A stretch of 63,732 bases of DNA, counting the filler, from Chrysochromulina tobinii (lineage: Eukaryota): NCBI GenBank assembly GCA_001275005.1. It is 5 parts of 5 records of this genome, joined end to end, with 100 filler letters (N's around TTAATTAATTAA, not from the genome) between each part and the next. Parts side by side here need not be neighbours in the genome. Positions count along the whole stretch, not along the records: positions 29,856 to 50,695 come from JWZX01001142.1; positions 50,796 to 61,504 come from JWZX01001143.1; 3 more parts are not named here. One strand, given 5' to 3'. This document shows positions 47,924 to 58,341 of the stretch, piece by piece. How positions within the stretch are numbered: the first letter of the stretch is position 1; the number at the start of each line of letters is the position of its first letter. Both the position numbers and the translations under genes were made by a program. The notes below the pieces were generated by a model, which saw only the letters and a list, made by a program, of their open reading frames with translations, did no database searches and was not told the DNA's origin.

Positions 47924-48385
47924 GGTCGGGGCTCCGGGAGGAGTGCGACGAACGCATTCTTCCGCTCGCGTTCCGCGGCCACGCTCGCTTTCCCAAAGGG
48001 GCCCCTCCCTCGGCTTTCCTCGGCCGCGTCCCAGACAGTAAGTTTCGTCGCGGTTACCTGAACTGACCAGTAACCAGTAACCCCAAGCTTTTTGAGTATA
48101 GCGAAAATTATACATATCCGCCGCCCCGTTCACTAATTGGGGATCCCCGAGCCAGGTTGTGCTTGATTTCGCTGGGGAGCGACTCTACTCTTTAGTACGA
48201 AGTACGCTCATCTCTCTTGCACTACGTAGGTCGCTCACCTCACCTGCTCCGCGCGTGGAAGTCATCATGTCGCTCTCAAATGAAAAGCGCTATCTTTTTC
48301 GACGACTAGATCCATGCGTGTTCGGTGTTGCTGTTGGCGGACCTGACAGTGACTTCTGACTAACCTCAGTGTTTCAAGATCTATT

Positions 48386-50695
48386 CTACCGCCCAACGTC
48401 TAGCTTCCAGGCTGTCCAGCGCCAAGCTTGAAGTGCCGCGTGAAGCCGCAGGCCACGCACGCCCGCGAGGGCACGGTGGATGCAGTCGTCGCGCTGCTCG
48501 GCCGCCAGCTGCTCCGCGACCGTGTGCCACGACTCCGCCTCGCCACGGAAGTGCGCGAGCTCCGCATGCTGTCGCTCGAGGGCAGCACGCGCCGCGCTGA
48601 CCTGCTGGCTGGCCATGGCGCGCAGGGTGGCCTCGCGCGTCTCGGACCACACGTAGAGCTGGGTGAGGCGCCCGCCTATGCGCTCGGCCTCGGCATGCAA
48701 GGCCGTCAGCAGCAGCTGCGGCGCGTGCTGCCGCTCGAAGACTATGCGTGCCTGATGGAGGCAATCAGAGGCAATCAGAGGCAATCAGAGGCAATCAGAG
48801 GCACTCAGAGGCAATCAGGGGCAATCAGTGGCAATCAGGAGGCAATCAGAGGACTATGCGTGCCTGCTCGATGAGCGCCTCAGAGGCAATCAGAGGCCAT
48901 CAGAGGCCATCAGGAGGCCATCAGGAGGCCATCAGGAGGCAATTAACGACACTCGCCTGCTCGATGAGTGGCTTGACTACGCTCGGCGCGGCAAAGGCGG
49001 TTTTCAACGGCAGCTCGTGCTCCGCGTGCGCGTCCGGCGGGGCCGCCGCCTCCAAGGGGTAGCGCGGCCGCAGCGCCACGGCTGTCTCACTGTCCAGCAC
49101 GGCGGCGACGGCGGCGGTGGCGGCCGCGCTCCGTGCGGCCAGCGCGGCGGCCTCAGGCGCAGCGGAAGCTGCGGCGGCGACGGCGGCGGTGGCGGCCGCT
49201 TCCCGTGCGGCCGCCAGCTGCAAGCGTAGCGCTTCGACCTGCGATCTCCACACCGCCTCGCGTCGGCGTAGCTCCTCGGCTTCGTCTGCGAGGCATCCAA
49301 GCTCGCGTGCCTGCCTCGCCGCCGCCTCGGCCTGCCTCGCCGCCGCCTCGGCTTCGACGCTCGTCTGATGGGCATGGCGCAGAGACAGCTCTGCCTCGAG
49401 CTCTGACCGACGCGCCGTCAGCTCCGAACGGAGTGCATCCTGCCTTGCCGACCACTCGGACTCGGCCGCCGCGTGCCGCGCCATAAGGGCGCCCTCTCGC
49501 TCGGCAACAGCGGCCTCGCGAGCAAGCAGCGCCGCTTGCCGCTGCATCACTGCCGTCATCGCCGCCGCGGCGTCGGGGGAGGCGGCCGCAGCGGAGGCGA
49601 CGGCAACGGAGGAGGAGGCATCGGAGGCGGCTCGGTTGGAGGTGCCACTGTTGAGAGCGCTGTTGTGAGCGCTGGCATCGGAGCAGGCACTGGCCGCCGC
49701 GCGTGCCGCAGCGAGCGCCTCCGTCTGCTTCCATAGCTCTCCTTCGAGTGTGTGGAGCGCCTCGAGTTGCTGCTGCTGCTCGAGTAGCCGGCGCGACTGC
49801 ACGGCCAGCAGCTGGCCCTGCGCTTCCCTCTGGGCGGCGTGCGCGTGCGCGCGCTGCGTGGCCTCGAGCAGCAGCTCGCTCTGCGTTGAGAGCTGTTTGC
49901 TCTGCGTGACCAGCTGCTCGCCCTGCTTCTCGAGCCGGTGCGTGAGCTCCGCGATCTGGCTCGATCTCGCCTCGATCTGGCCCACGAGCACCGAGTGCTG
50001 CTCCGCCCACGACGCGAGCTGCGCTTCGCACTCGCGCACGCGCACGCGCAGCGCGGCCGCGGCCTCGCGAGCCTCGGCCGCCTCGGCCCGCTCCTTTTGG
50101 CTCTCCAGGGCGCGCTCGTCGTCCTGCTGCCTCTGCTGCTGCTGCCTCTGCTGCTCCTCCTGCTGCAGCTGCTGCTTGTGTTCGGCCTGCTCCCGCCGCC
50201 AAACCTCAACCGCCCTTTGCGCCTCGTGCCGCTCGCGCCGTAGCCTCTCGCCCGCCTCGGCCGCATCCGCGGCCTGCGCCGCCACCTGCGCGGCCCGCTG
50301 CTCGATCTCGTCCCGCCGCGCCTGAAGCGCGCGCTCGGTTTCGTCCCGCCGCGCCTCGAGAGTGCTCGCCTCCGCGCGCATGGCGAGCAGCTGCGCACGC
50401 ACCGTCTCCTCCTGTGAATGGAGGCTCTGCAGATTTCGTTCGATGGACGCGTGCTGCGACGCGAGCGCCGTCGCGTGCGCCGCGCTTTGCGCCTCGAGCG
50501 CCGCCTCACGCCGCCCGGCCGCCGCCTCACGCGCCTCAAGAGCGGCCTCACGCGCACTCGCTTCGCTCTCTCGGCAGTTGAGGTCGTGCTCTCGCCGCGC
50601 ACACTCGGCCGCCCGCGACGCCGCCGCAGACTCGGCTATACGCGCCGCTGCCATGGCGGCCGCCGCCCCCGCCGCCCCCCCCCCCGCCCCCGCCG
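48386..50695 (-). CDS. Coiled-coil protein, 5'-truncated; GC-AG intron 48752-48956
   Basis: E/Q/A/R-rich ORF; PLIEQ|ARIVFE joins in frame after splicing. Confidence 0.65.
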
Positions 50696-50795
50696 NNNNN
50701 NNNNNNNNNNNNNNNNNNNNNNNNNNNNNNNNNNNNNNNTTAATTAATTAANNNNNNNNNNNNNNNNNNNNNNNNNNNNNNNNNNNNNNNNNNNN

Positions 50796-53700
50796 AAGTC
50801 GGTGACGGCGCGTGCGTGCGCGGTGCGCGGCCGTCGGTCGAGCAAGGCCGCCTCACCAAAGGCCGGTAGCCCCCCCGGCGTCGCGGCCGCGCCACCGACC
50901 GCGGGCACCGGCCCTAATGTGGCCAGTAACTGCCGTCCACGTGTGAGTTGCACCGCCCCCTGCAGGCACCCAGGCAGGCACCGAGGATGGCACTCAGAGA
51001 GGCCCTCAGTGGTAATTAGGGAGGCACTCAGAGGTAATTATAGGGAGGCACCGAGGAGGGCACTCAGAGAGGCCCTCAGAGGTAGTTATAGGGAGGCACT
51101 CAGAGGTGATACTGAGGTGATTAGGGAGGCACTCAGAGGTAATTAGGGAGGCACTCAGAGGTGATTAGGGATGGAGGCACTCAGAGGTAATTAGGGAGGC
51201 ACTCAAAGAGGCCATCGCACCTGCAGCACCCAGTAGACGCAGTCGGCCGGGTTGCCAAGGTCGAAGAGCACCTCGCCTGCAAGCACCTCGCGTAGCTCGA
51301 GCAAGCAGACGAACTCGCGCACCGAGCGGCTAGGGAGGTCGCGGAACAGGTCGGTGTGAACGAGCTCGGCCTCGACCATCGTCTCAAACAGCTTCCGCCG
51401 TACCTGGTGCACTCAGATGCAATCCGATGCACTCAGATTCAATCAGCACAGGAGATCTTCACAGGCAGCTGCTGACGAACCTTGGCCACAGGGAAGCACT
51501 CAGAGCTGATTAGGGAGGCACTCAGAGCTGACGAACCTTGGCCACACCGTCGGGGCGTAGGTGGAGGTGAAGCTCATCGGCATTGAATGTGAGCACCTCG
51601 ACATCGTCCGAACAGCTCATCGTCGAGGCACGTGGCTTCCCCAGCAGCGCCTGCCGGCAATCAGCATGCACACATGATGAGGGAGGCAATCAGCATGCAC
51701 TCAGTAGGAGGTCCCCAGCTGGCGCGATTGAGAGAGGCACTCAGAAAGCCATCATCAGGCCATCATCAGGCCATCATCAGGCCATCATCAGGCCATCATC
51801 AGGCCATCATCAGGCCATCATCAGGCCATCATCAGGCCATCAGAAAGCCATCAGAAAGCCATCATCATCAGGCCATCAGCGGGCCATGATCGGCCATGCT
51901 TGGAAACGTACTTCAGTCCCGAAGAGGACATATTCACAGCCCGCGCCACGAGGACACACCACCGCGCGACGCTCGCGCCCCTTGCGCTTCTCCTGGAGGA
52001 TGCGTGTGGGCAGAGGGGAGCGCCGTTGTGAGCACTTGCATGCAGCCGTAGCGTCACGTGGAGGGCCTCGCTCACCTGGAGGATGCGTGGGCCAGGGGGC
52101 GGCGGTATCCCAATGTCATCTCCAAGACCAGCTGCTACCTGCCGCTCCTCGAGCTTGCCTGCGGTGAGGACGTAGAATGCCTTCGCCACCGCCCCTTCGC
52201 GATAGAGCGCCGCGTATCTGCATGCAATCAGAGGGCCATCAGAGGGCATCAGAGGGCATCCGAGAGCATCCGAGGGCATCCGAGGGCATCAGAAGTACCG
52301 CGCGTGTCGGCGGCGCCGACCGGCCGATGAGAGCATCGCGAGCTGCCGAGTGTCAAGCTCATGAAAGAAGTCACACGTCTTGAGCGCCTCGGAGGTCTTG
52401 TGCACGTCAAGGGCGACTTTGGCCAAGCGAGCAACGTCGACAACGTCACGACCAGCCATGCTGGCACGGTATACCTCCTACCAACGGCATGCAATCAGAC
52501 GGCATGCAATCAGACGGCATGCAATCAGACGGCATGCAATCAGACGGCCATCGGATGCAATTAAAGTCAATCAGGATGCAATTTAAGGCAATCAGGATGC
52601 AATTCGATGCGATCAGGATGCGATCAGAGGCGATCAGATGCGACCGAGTGCACTCTGAGATGTCATGCTGGCACGGCGAGCAGGTGTAAGCAGGCCATCA
52701 GGCCTCGCATGCCACCCGGCCTGATTGATTGCCTCTGATTGCCTCTGATAGCCTCTGATTGCCTCTGATTGCCTCCGATCGCATGCCACCCAGCCTGATT
52801 GATTGCCTCTGATTGCCTCTGATTGCCTCCGATCGCATGCCACCCGGCCTGATTGATTGCCTCTGATTGCCTCTGATTGCCTCTGATTGCCTCCGCTCGC
52901 ATGCCACCCGTCCGTCCCATCAGATTGCCTCTGATTGCCATCAGGCCATCCCATGCAAACAAAACGCACCTGTCGGTAGAGCCGCACGGCCTCCCACATG
53001 ACGCGCCTCACCTGATGAGGGAGTTCATCAGAGGCTCATCAGTGGCAATCATATGGTTCCACAGCCTCCCACACGGCGCGCCTCACCTTGCGCCGCAGCC
53101 AGTCGCGCCGCCCGGGCGACACCGACGGTGGTTCGCTCGCAATCGCCCGCACTCGCCCGCACTCGATCTCGATCTCGATCTCGACGGTTTCGTCAGATGG
53201 CGTCTCGGCCCGCGGAAGCGCTGTGTTGGGCACCCCCCAGTGCATCCCCACGGCATCGAAGCCAGCCTCAGCGCCGTAGTTGGGCTCCTGCAGCGGAGCG
53301 CCGTGTTGGGCAGCATCGTGCGGGTACGCGCCGTGTTGGGCATCGCCGTAGTTGGGCTCCTGCTCGGCAGCGCCACTGCAGCCGCCTCCGCCACAGTCGT
53401 AACCGCCACCTGCTCCCCCGGCGCTCACGACGGCGCTCACGATACCCGCCGCGCTCTCCACGGCGCCGCTGCCCGGTACGGCGCCGCCCGATACGGCGCC
53501 CATGCTCCACGCGAAGGCGGGATGCTCTGCCGCCGCCGCAAGCGCCGTGGCGAGCGCCGCCTCCTGGGCCGCCGCCTCGTAGGCAGCGCCGTGCTGGGCA
53601 CGCGGAGAGCGCGCGGGAGGGCTCGTAATTGCCGACGTCATCAACTCAGTGAGGGAGAGCTCCGAGTCGAGCGCCGTGTCGGGCGCATCCTCGGGCGGCG

Positions 53701-54928
53701 CGAACCGTTGCGACGAAACTGACGAAACTCGCCGATGCTCTATAGACGAAACTGACGAAACTGGCCGATGCGCCAGAGACGTCGCCGCCGCCGCCTTCGC
53801 CGCCGCCTCCGCCTCCGCCTCCGCCGCCGCCTCCTGCGCCGCCGCCTCCTCCTCTGCCGCCGCCAACGCGGCGACCGCCCAGGCAGACTCGACAGCGGGC
53901 GGCAGCAGCACCGGCGGACCGGGCGCCGGTACCGGGCGCCTCGGTCGTCGCGTAGGGATCGGGCGAAGCGCCCAACACGGCGCTCTCGGCGCGCCAGACC
54001 TGCGCCTCGACGGCGACTGGATTGGGGCGCCATGCCCCCCCTCCCGCTGGGATGGTGGGGGCTGCTCGCCATCGCACGTCCGCCGCGGCGCTCACTGCCG
54101 TGCTCATCCCGGCGCTCAGCCCGGGCGACGTCGGGTGGAGGGACATTGTGGAGCGCGGGGGCGCGGGGGCTGAGCCGGGACGGACGGCGCGAGGCGGCGG
54201 CGGCCGAGTGCCTGCTGCCGAGCCTGGCCTTGCAGCGCGGCCGTAGCCGCCGCCGCCGGCGCAAGTGCTGTTCACACCGGTACCAGTGCTGTTCACACTG
54301 CATGTCGGGCTGGCACTGCGTACTGGGCTTGCAGCGCGGCTCCCGGCATCGGAATCGCCGCCGCTGGCGCGGCCACTGGCGCCGCCACTGCTGCCGTTGG
54401 CGGCGCGTCTATTGCCGACGCCGACCCGCTGCGGCAGGCTCGGCGCCGATTGAGGCCTTGCCAACGGGCGCGCCGCACTCTTCACAGCATACGAGGCTGC
54501 CTGGGCAGAGAGGTGGGGGTACGGGTCGCGCCACTCGGGGCTGCGGCGCGACGGCACCATGTCCCAATCCGACTCTTCCGAGGAGACGAGCCGAGCGATG
54601 TGCTTGACGGGCCTGACGATGCTCAGCAAGCGCAGCTGTCGATGGTTGATCCCAAAGATCTGGGCGACGGTGTCGCGCCGCCGCTGGTCGAGGGCCTGCT
54701 CGAGCGCGACCGTGTCCTCCTTCTGCGCCTCCAAGGCCGCGAGGCTGTACAGCGGCGCCGCCGACGACTCGCCGAGGCGGCTTGCCGAGCCTGAGTGAGC
54801 GAGCTTTCGCAGCCGGGCGACGTGGCCAGTGAGCTCGACCTTCTGCCTCACCGGATTGTCGGAGGTGCTCTGCAGGTACGCCTGCACGCGGCTGCTCCCG
54901 TACAGGGCCAGCAGCTGCGATGCAGGCA

Positions 54929-54967
<39 letters not shown>

Positions 54968-55148
54968 GCTGCTGCTGCTGCTGCGTGGGCGGCGGCGGCG
55001 GCTTCTGGTACTGCGGAGCTCGTACCGCCGCTGGCTGGAGCTGCAATTTGTAGAGCTCGGAGGAGATCACCTGACGGCGTCGCTCGAGGGCCTCGTCGAG
55101 GGCCACGCGGTCCATGCGCTGCTCGGCGAAGCCTGCGAGGCGCTCCAT
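50796..55148 (-). CDS. Multi-exon cyclic-nucleotide-binding domain protein with a long low-complexity N-terminus; 3'-truncated; exon structure only partly resolved
   Basis: LKTCDFFHELDTRQL...YAALYREGAVAKAFYVLTAGKL and LFRDL...VLAGEVLFDLGNPADCVYWVLQ are cNMP motifs on exons separated by repeat-filled introns (e.g. 53012-53086); apparent frameshift near 53920-53940. Confidence 0.55.
50985..51205 (-). repeat. Intronic ~21-nt tandem repeat (sense CCTAATTACCTCTGAGTGCCTC)
   Basis: Repeated GAGGCACTCAGAGGT(A/G)ATTAGG on the + strand within the cNMP gene. Confidence 0.8.
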
Positions 55149-55326
55149 GGGGGAACTTGAAGCCGCCGCGCGCAATCAGAAGCGCAATCAGAAACTCGAA
55201 CGCGAAATTTGGTGTCGACGGTCCCGTGGTGGAGACTTCCCCTCCCCCACGTGAGTTAGAAATCCTCAGAAATTCACGAATCATCGTTCATGCTCTTGGG
55301 TACTAGCGAGGAACTTCGCGCCGAAA

Positions 55327-56166
55327 ATGGGTCCCGTCGTCGCTATCCGGCCAGCGATCGCGCACACGCCCGGCACGTGGCGCCTCATCTACTTCGACGC
55401 GCCCAACCGCGGCGAGCAAGTGCGGCAGCTCTTCTTTCTCGCAGGTACCGTCTTCACCGACGTGCGCGTGCATCCCTATCCCGAAGGCCTGGATCCGTAC
55501 AAGAAGGCGGCAATGGGCGACGACTCGCCGCTGTGCGGTACCGATCTGTGCCCGGCGGTGACCGCGCCTGATGGAACTCATTGCGTCGAGACGTCTGAAA
55601 TCATGCGCTTCGTCGGCCAGCGGGTCGGCTTGGCGCCAGCGCCCAACTCCGCAGCGGACGCGAAGGCCATGGAGGTGTGCCTCGCCGCTCAGAGCTGCTT
55701 GGATCGCGTCTTCTATGGCCTGCTGCGCGCCATGATCGTGCAGCGCATTCTGGGCTCCGAGCTCTTCGGCACACTCTACTGGGCGCGAGGCTTCCTGGGG
55801 GGCAAGGTGGATATGGGCCCGCCAACGACAGCGCTTGAGGAGACCATGCAGGCGGCCGAGGCGGCGTTGGTCGCTTCGGGCGGCCCGTTTGTGTGCGGCG
55901 AGGCCTTGTCGTATGCTGACGTCTCGCTCTTCGCCGTCCTGCGAGAGTGTCTCGAGTTCCGCTGCTTCGACTCGACCGCCCTGCTCGGCCGACACCCGAA
56001 GCTCTCTGCGATGCTCGGCATGCTGCGGGAACGGACGCAGCCGTGGATCGATCGGCGAGTACGCGAGCACCAGTTAGGGATCCCCAACACGGTGGACTAC
56101 TTTGTGGCCACGAACACGCCCTTCCCATGGTCCAGGAAGACCAAGACGTACTCCGAGAAGGTCTAA
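55327..56166 (+). CDS. Glutathione S-transferase family protein
   Basis: WRLIYFDAPNRGEQVRQLF, ETSEIMRFVG, FVCGEALSYADVSLF. Confidence 0.85.
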   Translation: MGPVVAIRPAIAHTPGTWRLIYFDAPNRGEQVRQLFFLAGTVFTDVRVHPYPEGLDPYKKAAMGDDSPLCGTDLCPAVTAPDGTHCVETSEIMRFVGQRVGLAPAPNSAADAKAMEVCLAAQSCLDRVFYGLLRAMIVQRILGSELFGTLYWARGFLGGKVDMGPPTTALEETMQAAEAALVASGGPFVCGEALSYADVSLFAVLRECLEFRCFDSTALLGRHPKLSAMLGMLRERTQPWIDRRVREHQLGIPNTVDYFVATNTPFPWSRKTKTYSEKV

Positions 56167-56680
56167 TTTAAGGTTCTAAACTCTCATGCTTCGGACGTTT
56201 CAGAAAAGGAATATATACCGTTCTCGACGCTTTCCCTTTCGACGATCGTTGTGTGCTCGGGCGCGGAAGTCCCAAGGGAGTATAGGGTTCGTCGCACCAC
56301 GCGCGCTGTCCTGACCCCGCTGGCCGGACCGGTCACCGGACCGCCTCCCCCGTGGAGTGTGTGCGCCGGCGCGGCTGCGGGACGGTGCGTGTTTCTGTTT
56401 GGAGTTTGCCACGCGCGCGGGCCGGGGGCGGGGCAGCCGAGGAAGTTCCCCTCGGCGCCGCCTTGCAGCCACCCGTACTCCATTCGGATTCCAGCCAAAA
56501 CGAAAGGCGTCCACTTTTGAAGACCACACTGATGAGTCCACCGCACACGGATTCGACCCCCAAGTTATGATACCGACCAAATGAGGCAACGCCCAGCAAA
56601 GGATCAAGAATCATGCCACAGCAATGGAAGGCAACCGAACGCCCAATCACTGCGACGCCCAATCACTGCGACGACGCCGC

Positions 56681-58051
56681 TTACTTTTTGGTGCCCTTGC
56701 CCTCGTAGGCCTTGAAGACGAGTGCCGCGTTGTGGCCGCCGAAGCCGAGGTTGTCCGAGATCGCCGCCTTCGTGTGCGCGAGCGTCTGAGCCTTGTTCGG
56801 GCAGTAGTTGAGGTCGCACTCGGGGTCAGGCGTCACGTAGTTGATCGTCGGCGGCGCAATGCCCGTCTGCATCACCTTGACCGCGATCGCGGCCTCGATG
56901 CCGCCCGCGGCGCCGAGCGTGTGCCCCGTCATCGACTTGGTCGACGAGATGGCGAGCTTGGACGCAAACTCACCAAAGACCTTTTTGATCGCCATCGTCT
57001 CGAACTTGTCATTGTACGCGGTCGAGGTGCCGTGCGCGTTGATGTAAGCGACGTCCTCGATGGGCACGGAGGCATCCTCGAGGGCCTTCGCGAGGCAGGT
57101 CGAGAGGCCCCGGCCTTCCGGATGCGGCGTGGTGATGTGGTGCGCGTCGCACGTCGCCGCATACCCGCCGAGCTCGCAGTAGATGGTCGCCCCACGCGCA
57201 ATGGCATGGGCCTCCGTCTCGAGCATCAGCACGCCCGCGCCCTCGCCCATGACAAACCCCGCGCGGTCCGCATCAAAGGGGCGCGACGACTCCTGCGGCC
57301 TGTCGTTGTACGCCGAGTTCATCGCCTTCATCGCACAGAAACCTCCAAACGACAAGGGCGTGATCGCGGCCTCGGCACCGCCGGTGAGCATCATGTCGGC
57401 CTCCCCATTCTGCAGGAAGCGCAGCGCCTCGCCAATGGCGTGGGAGCCCGCCGCGCACGCGGACGCCACACCAAAGTTGGGCCCCTGCGCGCCAAGCTCG
57501 ATGCCCACGATGCCCGACGCCGTGTTGCCAAGCAGCGCCGGGATGGTGAAGGGCGACAGCTTCTTACCCTTGGCGAGGTTGAGCGTCTGCTCCTCGAAGG
57601 TCTCCATGCCGCCGAAGGCGGAGCCCACGATGACGCCGAAGCGCGCGAGGTCGATTTTGCCGAGGTCGAGCGCGGCGTCCTCGACGCACAGCTTGCTCGC
57701 CGCGACCGCGAAGTGTGTGAAGCGGTCGACGCTCTTGACCGTCTTCGCGTTGGCAAAGTAGGGCTTCGGGTCGAAGTCCTTGCACTCGGCGGCAATCGTC
57801 GTCGGGAACTGTGAGGCGTCGAAGCGCGTGACCTGGCCGATGCCGCACTTGCCTGTGATCAGATTCTGCCAGAACTCCTCCTTCGAGCCGAGCGCCGAGA
57901 TGACGCCGATGCCAGTCACGACGATCTTGGGCTTGGCGCCGGCAGCGGCGTGAATGGCGGAGGCGCGTGGCGCCCGCGGCGCCCGCGACTGCAGCAGGGC
58001 GCCCTCGGGCGCGAATGACAGCGCCGAGGCGACGAGCACGGAGTGCAGCAT
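56681..58051 (-). CDS. fabF: 3-oxoacyl-ACP synthase II (KAS II), plastid-targeted
   Basis: IVVTGIG, SACAAGSHAIG, YINAHGTST, KSMTGHTLGAAG, NLGFGGHNA; bipartite leader MLHSVLVASALSF-AP plus an R/A-rich transit peptide. Confidence 0.93.
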   Translation of the reverse strand: MLHSVLVASALSFAPEGALLQSRAPRAPRASAIHAAAGAKPKIVVTGIGVISALGSKEEFWQNLITGKCGIGQVTRFDASQFPTTIAAECKDFDPKPYFANAKTVKSVDRFTHFAVAASKLCVEDAALDLGKIDLARFGVIVGSAFGGMETFEEQTLNLAKGKKLSPFTIPALLGNTASGIVGIELGAQGPNFGVASACAAGSHAIGEALRFLQNGEADMMLTGGAEAAITPLSFGGFCAMKAMNSAYNDRPQESSRPFDADRAGFVMGEGAGVLMLETEAHAIARGATIYCELGGYAATCDAHHITTPHPEGRGLSTCLAKALEDASVPIEDVAYINAHGTSTAYNDKFETMAIKKVFGEFASKLAISSTKSMTGHTLGAAGGIEAAIAVKVMQTGIAPPTINYVTPDPECDLNYCPNKAQTLAHTKAAISDNLGFGGHNAALVFKAYEGKGTKK

Positions 58052-58341
58052 TTTATTTCAGAGGAGATTCCTCGAGATGCGCGGAGGTCCATTTCCGGTG
58101 CAATAAGGAGTGCTCGCATTATACCATGTACTGTTCACGAACGATCTATGGGTTCACCTGGTCTCGCGGCGGCTGACACCAACCCGCCCACCCTTGTGCG
58201 GCGGGGTCCGGCAGCATCCCCGGCAGGATGGCGCGCACGCCAGCAGTCGCGCACGCTGTGCGGACGCACCGCCCCGCGTCGTCAATTTGAAGTTGACTCG
58301 ACGCACACACACACCGCACACGCCCAACCCCATCACATGCG

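Noticed and set aside
51014..51200. TTAGGG hexamers suggesting telomeric sequence
   Set aside because: Isolated within a ~21-nt unit that is a variant of the CCTCCCTCAT acceptor cassette on the other strand; no tandem TTAGGG.
56640..56673. 16-nt tandem duplication after the fabF stop; also short duplications at ~10135, ~34620 and ~58640-58810
   Set aside because: Ordinary slippage-type duplications with no filler or splice signals.
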